DNA from: an uncultured Planctomycetaceae bacterium
GTDB lineage: Bacteria > Planctomycetota > Phycisphaerae > SM23-33
Assembly: GCA_964385465.1 (NCBI GenBank)
Contig: CAYLPJ010000011.1
Span: 185-64,184 of the forward strand
DNA length: 64,000 bases
Direction of reading: 5' to 3'
The notes beneath the pieces are model-generated. The model did not search any database. It was not told where the DNA came from and saw only the letters and a list, made by a program, of their open reading frames with translations. Made by a program: the position numbers and the translations under genes. Within the stretch, counting starts at the first letter, position 1. Each line of letters begins with the position of its first letter. This document shows, in pieces, positions 8,927-17,632 of this stretch.

Positions 8927-10647
8927 TTGCCCGACGACAGGCCCAGCGCCGCCAGCAGCTCCGCGTCCCGCTCGCGGGCGCCGGGATGGTCCTCGCCCTT
9001 GACGGCCGAGAAGGCGCTGCCGGAGTAGTTCCACATCGCCCAGCCGAAGCCGCGGGCGTTCATCGCCTCGCGGACGGCGGCGAGGTAGCGGAGCCGGCTG
9101 GCACGCGGGGCGTAATCCACTGCGCCCCACTCGCCGATGTAGATCCGCCGGCCGTTGCGCTTCGCCCAGTCGGCGATCCGGCCCATCTGCTCGACGATGT
9201 GCTCCCGCCTGGCCGTGGCGCGGGTCACCTGGTCGCGGAGGACCTGGGCGGCCTGGTCGCGGGCCTTGTGCTCCTTGAGCTTGGCGATCGTCCCGGCCAG
9301 GTCGGCCTCGGTCAGCGGCCAGGGCACCTCGTTCAGCGGCCGGTACCATGCCTTCATCCACGGCGCGCCCTGGTGGGTGAACGGCGAGGGCTCGTAGTAG
9401 TGCACGGACCAGACGACGTTGCGATCCGGGTGCGGGCGAACCTTGCCCAACTCCTTGACCAGCATGTACGCCCCGCCGTTGGCGATCAGCGTGTGCTTCG
9501 GCGCCGCCGCCCGCACGGCCGTGATCAGCCGGTCCTGGTAGGCCTCCCACGTCTCGTCGGCCCAGTAGTGCTGCCCGCCGGGCTCGTTGAGCAACTCCAG
9601 GAACACGCGCTGGGGGTCCGTCGTCTCCGCCAGGTGCCCGGCCATGCGGCCCCACCACGTGACGAACCGCCTGGCCAGCAGGGGCTTCTTCCGCAGAGCC
9701 TTGAAGGTGTGGTTCTTCGGATGGGCGTCCACGACCACGGCCAGGCCGTGGCGCAGGATCCGCGCGACGGCCGCGTCCAGCTCGCCCAGCAGCCCCGTCT
9801 TCAATTCGCCGGTCTCGGTGTCCATCCACGCGATCGGGTCGACGGGCAGGCGGACGTGCGCGAAGCCCATCCCGCGGATCATCTCCAGGTCGTCGTCGGT
9901 GATGTAGGCGCGGAGGAACCACGGGGCGAACTCGCCCTTGCGCCCGTCGATCCGCTGGTTCCAGGGCTGGCAGAACCAGCCGTTGATGTTGATCCCCCGC
10001 TGAAGGCGGGCGAAACGGGCGTCGGCGACCTCCGGGCCGTACGGCTCGCCCGGGCGGTACTTCGCCCGCTCGGCGGCGACGTCCGCCCGGGTGACGGCCT
10101 CGGCGCGGAGCTCGGCGACGTCCAGCCGCCCGGCCTGGACCTCGTAGAACCCCGCGCGCATCATGAGCTTCGCGGCCGAGTCGGGCACGGCGGCCTCGCG
10201 GGTGTGCACCACCCACCCGTCGCTGGAGTCGGCCACGCTGGCGAGGTCCACCCAATGCCCCGCGTTGGCGCCGTCGGCCGTCTTGAACCGCCCCTGGACC
10301 TTCCCCCGCATGTAGCCGCTTCTGCCCGGTCGGATGCCCCGCCATCGCAGCCGCACGGAGAGCTCGAGGCTGACCGCGTCAGAGGGCACGTCGATCCACT
10401 GCTCGAGGAAGCTGGACTGTCCGGCCGCCGAGACGCCCAGCCGCGCGAAGGCCTGCTCGCCGTCGGCGTGGACCGTGACCGTGCCCTCGCCCTTGTGCGC
10501 CCAGCCTGCGGGCCTGCCGTCCCCGTCGGCCCGGGCAAACTCGCCGTTGGCGAACAGGTTCTCCCCGGCCTCGGCGGCCGGTGTTGCCGCCAGGGCCGCC
10601 GCGCAGACGAGAACGAACGACGTCGGGACACTCCTGCTGGATCGCAT
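8911..10647 (-). CDS. Secreted glycoside hydrolase family 5 with an N-terminal carbohydrate-binding-like module
   Basis: Signal peptide MRSSRSVPTSFVLVCAAALAATPAAEA. Clan GH-A catalytic motifs LELLNEP (acid/base) and IYIGEWG (nucleophile). An AAGGAG Shine-Dalgarno precedes ATG 10647. Confidence 0.85.
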   Translation of the reverse strand: MRSSRSVPTSFVLVCAAALAATPAAEAGENLFANGEFARADGDGRPAGWAHKGEGTVTVHADGEQAFARLGVSAAGQSSFLEQWIDVPSDAVSLELSVRLRWRGIRPGRSGYMRGKVQGRFKTADGANAGHWVDLASVADSSDGWVVHTREAAVPDSAAKLMMRAGFYEVQAGRLDVAELRAEAVTRADVAAERAKYRPGEPYGPEVADARFARLQRGININGWFCQPWNQRIDGRKGEFAPWFLRAYITDDDLEMIRGMGFAHVRLPVDPIAWMDTETGELKTGLLGELDAAVARILRHGLAVVVDAHPKNHTFKALRKKPLLARRFVTWWGRMAGHLAETTDPQRVFLELLNEPGGQHYWADETWEAYQDRLITAVRAAAPKHTLIANGGAYMLVKELGKVRPHPDRNVVWSVHYYEPSPFTHQGAPWMKAWYRPLNEVPWPLTEADLAGTIAKLKEHKARDQAAQVLRDQVTRATARREHIVEQMGRIADWAKRNGRRIYIGEWGAVDYAPRASRLRYLAAVREAMNARGFGWAMWNYSGSAFSAVKGEDHPGARERDAELLAALGLSSGNQPVK

Positions 10648-10813
10648 CGCACACTCCTTGCAGCCATGTTCGGGACACCCCAGAATACCTCATGTTCTCC
10701 GCGCGAACGAGGCGCTGCATGAAGGTCGCCGGGCGGTTGATCCCCACGCCCGGGGTACGGGGGGGCATTCGGAACGGGAACCGAGACGGCAAACAGCGGA
10801 AGGAGGCGGCGGA

Positions 10814-12043
10814 ATGAGCAGGACGATGGGAATCGCGTTGGCTGTCGTGGCGGGGGTGGCCGGCGCAGCGGCGCGGGCGGGCGAAGCCCGTCTCCAGGAT
10901 GCGTTCGCCACGGTCCAGCGCGACGGCAGGCCGTACAACACGTTCTACAGCTACTACGTCGCCCCCCACGCGATCGAGGAGAAGGGCACGGTCTTCTGCG
11001 CCCACCAGGACGGGCAGGGCCGGCCCGTCGTGACCGCCTACGACGTCGAGGCCCGCACCTGGTCGGCGCCCGTGCGGGCGTCGGGGTTCGGGCTCGGGCG
11101 GGATACGCACGGCAACCCGTCGATCTGCATCGACGCCAAGGGCCACATCCACCTGTTCTTCGGCTGCCACGGCCGGGCCATGCGCCACGTCCGCTCGACG
11201 CGGCCGTACGACATCACCGCATGGGAGGTTGCGTCCAGCCCGGCGAAACGTGCGACGTACCCCGAGTCGATGCGGATGGCGGACGGGCGGCTGCTGCTGT
11301 TCTTCCGCGCCGGCGGGCACCCCGCGCCGTGGACGATGGTGGTCAGCAAGGATGACGGGGCCACCTGGTCGAAGGGCGAGAGGATCGTCGAGCTCCGCCG
11401 CGACACGAAGCGCCCGGGCGTGTGCGCCTACTGCACGTTCCTTCCCGGGGCCGAGGGCAAGACCGTCCACGGCGTCTTCCTCTACAAGGACGACGCCCCC
11501 CGCGCCAACAAGCGGAAGGTGCTCGGCCTGCACGAGGCGGTCTACCGGTATCACGTGTACTACATTTTCCGCGACGCCGCGGGGCGATGGCACGGGCTGG
11601 ACGGCGAGTTGCCGTCGCTGCCCCTGGGCCTCGACGACGCCGACCGCCACGCGAAGGTCTACGACTCCGGCGAGAACTTCGCCAGCCACCGGCACATCAC
11701 CGTCGACCGGCGGAACCGCCCGTACCTGCGGTTCGCCGTCGGCATCCGCGATTGGAAGCACAACAAGACGTTCGTGCCCCTCAAGACGAAATACGCCGGG
11801 CCGCGGGACGGGCGATGGCAGGTGACCGAGAGCGTACCCGACGCCTGGCCGGCCGAGGTGCGGCAGCGGATCGACCTGCCCGGCCCCGAGGCCTACGGCC
11901 CCCATGGCGAAGGCCCCAGCCCGTGGTACATCCACCACCGCAAGGGCCCCAAGGCCGATCCGACGCGGACCTATGTCTGGCTCGGCCACGTCGAGCAGGG
12001 CTACGCCCCCCGCCCCGACGGCCCCGTCCCGTCACCGAAGTAA
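10814..12043 (+). CDS. Secreted BNR-4 repeat family beta-propeller protein
   Basis: Start ATG at 10814 behind GGAAGGAGG. Signal MSRTMGIALAVVAGVAGAAARA. The block HGNPSICIDAKGHIHLFFGCHG and the overall pattern resemble BNR_4 family proteins. Confidence 0.75.
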   Translation: MSRTMGIALAVVAGVAGAAARAGEARLQDAFATVQRDGRPYNTFYSYYVAPHAIEEKGTVFCAHQDGQGRPVVTAYDVEARTWSAPVRASGFGLGRDTHGNPSICIDAKGHIHLFFGCHGRAMRHVRSTRPYDITAWEVASSPAKRATYPESMRMADGRLLLFFRAGGHPAPWTMVVSKDDGATWSKGERIVELRRDTKRPGVCAYCTFLPGAEGKTVHGVFLYKDDAPRANKRKVLGLHEAVYRYHVYYIFRDAAGRWHGLDGELPSLPLGLDDADRHAKVYDSGENFASHRHITVDRRNRPYLRFAVGIRDWKHNKTFVPLKTKYAGPRDGRWQVTESVPDAWPAEVRQRIDLPGPEAYGPHGEGPSPWYIHHRKGPKADPTRTYVWLGHVEQGYAPRPDGPVPSPK

Positions 12044-12073
12044 GCAACGCCCCGGTCGGCGACCGCCGCGGCC

Positions 12074-13168
12074 TCACCGGGTCGCCAGCAGATGGTCCAT
12101 GCAGAATGCCACCGGGACCCCGCGGGCGCCGCAGAGGTCCCGCAGGGGGGCCACGACATACCGCTCGGCCGTCGGTCGGGGCAAGCGCCACGCGCCGCCG
12201 TGGAAGTCCGGCCGGGCCGGAAGGGAGAGCCGGCGATACAGTGCGAGCATGGCCGACATCAGGGGGTGCAGCCGGCCGTGCTTGGGGCGAACAATCTTCG
12301 CCGGCGTATGGACGATTTTCTCGGCGCCGACGTCCGCGGAGAACGAGGCCAGGGCGTCGATATCCTGGCGAGTCTGGGGGCACCTCCCGCCGGGCGGGGC
12401 CAGGCCGATGGGATACGTCGGCGAGACACGGAGCACCACGGGCACGCCGGCGGACCGCAGGCGGGCGATCGCATCCACCCGCTCGGCCACCGACGGCGCG
12501 CCGGGGTCGCACGCGGTCGCGACGGCTTCGCGGGCGAACGCGAGACTGACCTCCACCACCACGCGTCCGGCCGGGCCGCCGAGGGCGAGCAGCGCCTCGA
12601 GATACACCGGGCGGACCAGCACGCCGGGGTCCTTGGTCAACAGTGTGACGGTGGTGAATCTCTGCCGGCAATCGGCCAGCCGTCGCAGCGTGAACAGCGC
12701 GTCCCCGCGCTCGACCTCCAGGGGGCGTTGGAACGCGTCGCAACTGTTGGAGATGTGCAGCGGCGCCGGCGGAACGTCGAAGGCGTCGAGGTCGGCCAGG
12801 TCCCTGGCCAGCATACGGCGGAAGTTCGCCTTCGGCCGGGCCGCCATCGCCGTATACCCCGCCGCGTAGCAGTACACGCATCCGTGCGAGCAGCCGACGT
12901 ACACGTTGATGCAGTACCGGTGCCCCGACGGGAACCGCCGTTGGTCGGCGAACGGGCAGTACCACTTCACCACCCGCGGCCGCGTGACGCCGAGCACCGC
13001 CTTCGCGGACCGATGCGGCAGGAAATACCTCCCCAACGCCGCTCGCTCGCCGTCCGGCCTGCCGGCCCACACCGGCGCATACTTCGGGTCCACCTTTCCG
13101 GCGAGGGCGAGGCCGGTTTCGATATCCGTGGCGAACAAGCCTGGCATACCGAACATTATGCTAACCAT
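12074..13168 (-). CDS. Radical SAM protein, SplB/DNA-photolyase-like (COG1533-type)
   Basis: CxxxCxxC cluster motif in VGCSHGCVYCYA. Only the last ~365 codons of the 1813-aa track ORF 12074..17515 look like protein. The start is uncertain (ATG at 13168, 13156 or 13147; no clear Shine-Dalgarno). Confidence 0.75.
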   Translation of the reverse strand: MVSIMFGMPGLFATDIETGLALAGKVDPKYAPVWAGRPDGERAALGRYFLPHRSAKAVLGVTRPRVVKWYCPFADQRRFPSGHRYCINVYVGCSHGCVYCYAAGYTAMAARPKANFRRMLARDLADLDAFDVPPAPLHISNSCDAFQRPLEVERGDALFTLRRLADCRQRFTTVTLLTKDPGVLVRPVYLEALLALGGPAGRVVVEVSLAFAREAVATACDPGAPSVAERVDAIARLRSAGVPVVLRVSPTYPIGLAPPGGRCPQTRQDIDALASFSADVGAEKIVHTPAKIVRPKHGRLHPLMSAMLALYRRLSLPARPDFHGGAWRLPRPTAERYVVAPLRDLCGARGVPVAFCMDHLLATR

Positions 13169-13327
13169 CGGCGTGTGGGTTCGCAAGGTCCGCCGGCCGG
13201 GACGCGGCGGTGCGGGAACGGGCAAAAGGCGGGGCCACGGACGGCCGATGACGAGAACAGGGAGCGGCCTGCGCCCGGCGGGCCGGTCCCTCCGCCGCCA
13301 TCTCGATTCGTGAAAGCGAGGCATCCC

Positions 13328-16300
13328 ATGAAGTCCTTCCCCGTCCGGATCATCCTGATAGCCGCCGCGCTGCTCTGCGCCGCCGCTGCCCCGTCGGCCG
13401 TCGGTGCGCCCCCGGCCTCGCCGGCGAAGCCGAAGACCGCCGACACGTTCGGCGAACTGCTCGAGCGGTTCGGGGTGGAGAGCCCCGAGCAGCGCAAGTA
13501 CATCGAGGACACCGTCAAGCAGGAGCTCCAGGAGGAGATCAACGAGCACATCGACCTCAAGCTCGATGTCGAGGTCTATCTGAAGAGCCTCAACCACCTC
13601 GCCAACGGAGAGATCAAGCAGGCCAACGCCTATCTCACCGAGGAGGTCGGCAAGAAGGTGCTGGAGTGGGTGGTCGGAGGCACGGCCGCGAAGATCCTCA
13701 CCCTTGCGTGGGACTTCGACAAGTACGTCTGGACGAGCGTGCAGGCGTGGGCGGAGAAACGCGATCGCCAGCGGTTCCGCGACTGGCTGAAGGGGCGGGT
13801 CCACGCCTGGCGAAACGGCCGGGACCTCCACGAGATGCAGACGCCCCTCGGCAGCCGCACGCAGTTCGACATCTGGTGGCGGGACAACAAGAACAGCTTC
13901 GGCCGGACGAAGATGTACGGCGACCGGCAGCAGTACTACGACAAGTTCGAGACCGCCTGCCGCCACCGCTACATGGACGTCGCCCGCAAGTGCCGCCAGG
14001 CCCTCCAGCAGCGGGAGAACCTCAAGCTGGCCATGCGGAGCAAGCTGTTCGAGATCCGCCGGAAGATCGCCGCACAGCAGGGACGGTACAAGGCGGCCGT
14101 GCGCTTCCTGCGCCGCGCGGGCCTGGAGGGCACTCCCTCGCAGGTCCGCAAGTACGAGACGGACAAGGCCTTCGCGGCGAAGGTGGCCGCGGAGATCAAG
14201 AAGCAGGCCCCGCGGACCGCCCTGGAGCTTCGCAAGAAGGTTCTCACCAACGCCGACGCGGACCTCTCCCGCGCCAGCGACGCCGCCGCCGCGGCCGACA
14301 AGGCCCGCAAGGGCGGGCGGGCCGCGGCCATCACCCCGCCGCTGGGCGGCCTCCAGACCTTCCTCGCCGAAGAGCGGGACATCCTGCGGATGCTGTTCAC
14401 CAACAGCGTGGACCCGATCGAGGGGGTCCGCGCCCTCAGCCGGTGCCGCGGCCTGGCGCTCAGCTACGCCGCCAAGCTGGGTTCCGTCCGCGACGACCTG
14501 CGCCGGATGCGTGCGAGCGGCAAGGCCCAGCGGGACAGCCTGCTCGCCCAGTCGAGACGGATCGACACGGCCCTCCGAAGCTTCGCCAAGGCCCGCAAGG
14601 AGCTGACGGAACGGTACGACCGCCGGGCCAAGGACGCCGTCGGAACCCTTGCCGGCCCCGCCGCTCGATTGGAGAAGATCGACGACGAGGCGATCCACCA
14701 CGACGCCTATCGCAGCGTGCCCGAGGCCCTCCGCGTCGAAGCCGCCGAGGCGCCCGCGATCGAGGCCAAGGCCGTCCTGGTCGCCTCCCTCGCACCGGGC
14801 GAGAGCCGCGGGCCCGACGGCCTGACGCCGGCGGCACGCTACCTGGCGGGCATTGTGCAGAGGGGCACGTATCGGACCGATCCGACCCCGCCGACGATCG
14901 GCTACATCAACCCGCAGGTGCCCGACCCGCTGGAGCGGATGGACCGCGCCGACGAATGGCTGGGCAAGGCCATCGACGCCTACACCGCCTGTATGAACAA
15001 GCACGCCAAGGACCTCGCCCGCGCACGCGATGCCGACCAGGGCATGCTCGCCCGCTACCGCGAGGCCCTCGCCGCCTATGCCTCCGCCTGGAAGCCGCTG
15101 GCCGGGGCGGCCGCCTACGCCCGGGGCGGCTACAGCACGCTGGCACTCGACGCCTGGAGACACCGATACGCCGCCAAAGAGACCGAGCTGAACAAGGCGC
15201 TCGCCCGCGTCTACCGCAAGTGGCGAAGGCACTACCAGGTCCTGGCCAGAATGCACGGCTTCCAGGAGGCCATGCGGGTTCACTTCCAGCAGGAACGGTC
15301 CGTGCTGAACCGCGTCCAGCTCCTGGCCGCCGAGGCCGCGCGGCTGCGCAAAAGGTACGCCCGCGTCCGGCGAGACGGCGACACGGACCCCGACGCCGGC
15401 GCCCCGGATGCGACCGACGACGTGACCGGCCAGGCCATCGGCATCCTGCGGGCCGGCGATCGGTCGAAGATCTTCGACGCCATGATCGCCCGCTACCGCG
15501 CCGTGCTCGGGATGCTCGACGGCACGTGGGCAGGATACGATCGCGTGCTCACCCCGGCGATGCGGGCCAGCCACGGCCTGGCCAGGGCGCCGTATGAAGG
15601 CTGGCGACGCAGCCCGCAGCTCAACCGGAAGATCCTCGCGGAAATGGAGCGGCTGATCGACCGTGCCCGCGCAGCCGACGACGGGGACGACCGGTACGCC
15701 GACGTGCTCACGCGCTGCGACAAGATCGACAAGGAACTGGACCAGGTCGGCGGCAAAGCGCGCCTGCTCGGAGGCGAGGTCCTCGCCTGCCGCCAGCGGG
15801 CCCGGAAGGACCTCGCCGCCGTCCGCGTCGCCCTGGCACGGCCGGAGGTGATCGTCCGCGACGCCGACCGCGCCACCGAGAACATGAAGCGTTTCCGCGC
15901 CTTCGCCGCGCGATGCGCCGCCCTCTGCGCCGCCGATGACCGGCGCGTGGGCGCACTGCTCGCCAGGGCCCGCAGCACGGTCGCCGGCGCGGGAGGCGGC
16001 CATGACGCCCGCGCCGCCGCGATGACGCGGGCCGTCGGGATGATCCGCCTCGCCGAGCGCCACGCCGAGGTGGTCGCCGCCTTCGCGCCCTACCACGGGA
16101 TCTACCGCCACAATGCTGCCCTCGCCGACGCGCGGACGAAGCTCAAGGGCGGCGGCCGGGTCGACACGCCCACCGACACGCCCACCGAGCCCACGCGGTT
16201 CCCGCGGGAGGGGTTCTTCGCCGTATCCGTCAACGGTGCGGTCTTCGGGCGAACCGCAGGGGGGATCACCCAGACCGTGCAGTCGCGGGCCGGCGAGCTG

Positions 16301-17140
16301 ACCGTCCGCGGCGAAGCTCACGATGCCGCGTTCAACGACCCGCGCAAGGTGATGCTGCGGCTGACACCCCTGCCCGCAAGGCCCTCGCAGGCCGGGCCGT
16401 TCGTCACCGTCGCCGAGGGGCGGGCCGACTTCGTCCACAGGACCACCATTCGGCGGGGCACGACCTACGCCCTCGAGATGCGCGTCGTCACCCGCGACGG
16501 GCGAGGCCTGACCCCCGCGCCGTCCCCACTGTCCTTCCGCTGGCCCGGGCCGGGAACGCAACTCGCCGGGGACGACCAGCCCGGCGACACCGACCGCCCG
16601 AATGCCGACGACCGCCCCGGCGCAGGCAAGCCCTCGGCCGCAACCGACACGGACGACGCCCCCTCGGCCGCCGCGAACACCTCGACCGCGAAGCAGCAGG
16701 CCTACCAGACGTACATCGCCGCGTACAACAAGCTCACGAGCCTGATGGCCGCCGGCAAGGGCGACACCCCCGAGGCCAAGAAGGCCTACAAGGACTACAA
16801 GGCCGCCAAGGACGCCTACGAGGCGGCGGTGAAGAACCCATCGTCCTCTAGGCCCTCCGGCGGGAAGCCCTCCGCGGGCACCAAGCCCAAGGCCGGTCCG
16901 AAAGCCAAGCCCGACAAGCCGGACACCGACGACGCCCCCGCCGCCAAGAAGCGCCCCACCTCCCTCAAGGCGGCCTACCAGACGTACATCGCCGCGTACA
17001 ACAAGCTCACGAGCCTGATGGCCGCCGGCAAGGGCGACACCCCCGAGGCCAAGAAGGCCTACAAGGACTACAAGGCCGCCAAGGATGTCTACGAGGCCAT
17101 GGCGAAGGACGCCCCGCCACCCAAGACCGACGAAGACTGA
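13328..17140 (+). CDS. Orphan secreted protein, 1270 aa, mostly alpha-helical or coiled, with a C-terminal tandem 42-aa repeat
   Basis: ATG 13328 followed by the signal peptide MKSFPVRIILIAAALLCAAAAPSAVGA. The composition is consistently protein-like (K/E/R/A-rich with Trp/Tyr clusters) across 3.8 kb. I recognise no family. Confidence 0.8.
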   Translation: MKSFPVRIILIAAALLCAAAAPSAVGAPPASPAKPKTADTFGELLERFGVESPEQRKYIEDTVKQELQEEINEHIDLKLDVEVYLKSLNHLANGEIKQANAYLTEEVGKKVLEWVVGGTAAKILTLAWDFDKYVWTSVQAWAEKRDRQRFRDWLKGRVHAWRNGRDLHEMQTPLGSRTQFDIWWRDNKNSFGRTKMYGDRQQYYDKFETACRHRYMDVARKCRQALQQRENLKLAMRSKLFEIRRKIAAQQGRYKAAVRFLRRAGLEGTPSQVRKYETDKAFAAKVAAEIKKQAPRTALELRKKVLTNADADLSRASDAAAAADKARKGGRAAAITPPLGGLQTFLAEERDILRMLFTNSVDPIEGVRALSRCRGLALSYAAKLGSVRDDLRRMRASGKAQRDSLLAQSRRIDTALRSFAKARKELTERYDRRAKDAVGTLAGPAARLEKIDDEAIHHDAYRSVPEALRVEAAEAPAIEAKAVLVASLAPGESRGPDGLTPAARYLAGIVQRGTYRTDPTPPTIGYINPQVPDPLERMDRADEWLGKAIDAYTACMNKHAKDLARARDADQGMLARYREALAAYASAWKPLAGAAAYARGGYSTLALDAWRHRYAAKETELNKALARVYRKWRRHYQVLARMHGFQEAMRVHFQQERSVLNRVQLLAAEAARLRKRYARVRRDGDTDPDAGAPDATDDVTGQAIGILRAGDRSKIFDAMIARYRAVLGMLDGTWAGYDRVLTPAMRASHGLARAPYEGWRRSPQLNRKILAEMERLIDRARAADDGDDRYADVLTRCDKIDKELDQVGGKARLLGGEVLACRQRARKDLAAVRVALARPEVIVRDADRATENMKRFRAFAARCAALCAADDRRVGALLARARSTVAGAGGGHDARAAAMTRAVGMIRLAERHAEVVAAFAPYHGIYRHNAALADARTKLKGGGRVDTPTDTPTEPTRFPREGFFAVSVNGAVFGRTAGGITQTVQSRAGELTVRGEAHDAAFNDPRKVMLRLTPLPARPSQAGPFVTVAEGRADFVHRTTIRRGTTYALEMRVVTRDGRGLTPAPSPLSFRWPGPGTQLAGDDQPGDTDRPNADDRPGAGKPSAATDTDDAPSAAANTSTAKQQAYQTYIAAYNKLTSLMAAGKGDTPEAKKAYKDYKAAKDAYEAAVKNPSSSRPSGGKPSAGTKPKAGPKAKPDKPDTDDAPAAKKRPTSLKAAYQTYIAAYNKLTSLMAAGKGDTPEAKKAYKDYKAAKDVYEAMAKDAPPPKTDED
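16699..17097 (+). repeat. In-frame tandem duplication, period 273 bp
   Basis: 16699-16812 is identical base for base to 16972-17085 (114 nt). The match extends to 126 nt with 2 mismatches. Both copies encode AYQTYIAAYNKLTSLMAAGKGDTPEAKKAYKDYKAAKD(A/V)YEA. Confidence 0.95.
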
Positions 17141-17302
17141 CGGGGCCCGCCTTCGGACCTCAGACACATGGCCTCCGGTTCCGGCAGCGAACGCGTCCCG
17201 GTGCGGCTTGGCGATCGCATTCCGAGCCCCGCGGTCGCCTCTCGGCCGGCGCTGCGGTAGGATGCACGGAGACACGTTGGGCCGTGCAGGCCGGGAGGTA
17301 CC

Positions 17303-17605
17303 ATGGGCAAGAAGAAGGCGCAGGGCGTGTGGGCGAAGGTCGGGGCGTTGGGGGCGGTGGTGGTGGTCTTTGCGCTCGTCGGGGGCGTGTTGGGGTACAT
17401 GACGATGGTGGGCGTCTGGGACTATATCCTGGCCGGGACTACCGGCATGTCGGTCGGCGGACCGGACGACCTGGGCTACGGGCGGGCGGGCCGGCCGGTG
17501 TCGCGGCCGGAGCACAAACGTCGCACGGCCGCCGGGTTTCTGATCGGCTGCGTCGTGGGCGCGGCAGCGGGTGCGGCGGTGTTCTACAAGCTCAGCAAGG
17601 GGTGA
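17303..17605 (+). CDS. Small membrane protein (100 aa, two predicted TM helices)
   Basis: GGGAGG lies 5 nt upstream of the ATG. Hydrophobic segments VGALGAVVVVFALVGGVLGYM and FLIGCVVGAAAGAAVFY. No homolog recognised. Confidence 0.5.
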   Translation: MGKKKAQGVWAKVGALGAVVVVFALVGGVLGYMTMVGVWDYILAGTTGMSVGGPDDLGYGRAGRPVSRPEHKRRTAAGFLIGCVVGAAAGAAVFYKLSKG

Positions 17606-17632
17606 GGGGCCTCCCGGGGCATGGATGAGTAG

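Noticed and set aside
16699-17097. The tandem repeat considered as a CRISPR array, MITE or intergenic satellite.
   Set aside because: There are only two copies. They are in frame inside a long, well-behaved ORF, and the spacer between them encodes a plausible linker. No cas genes are present.
12074-17515. 1813-aa minus-strand ORF, the longest in the track.
   Set aside because: Only its last ~365 codons (12074-13168, the radical SAM protein) look like protein. The remainder is the antisense shadow of the plus-strand gene 13328-17140. It is Gly/Arg/Val/Pro-rich and even mirrors that gene's tandem repeat. Stop-poor antisense frames are expected at this GC content.
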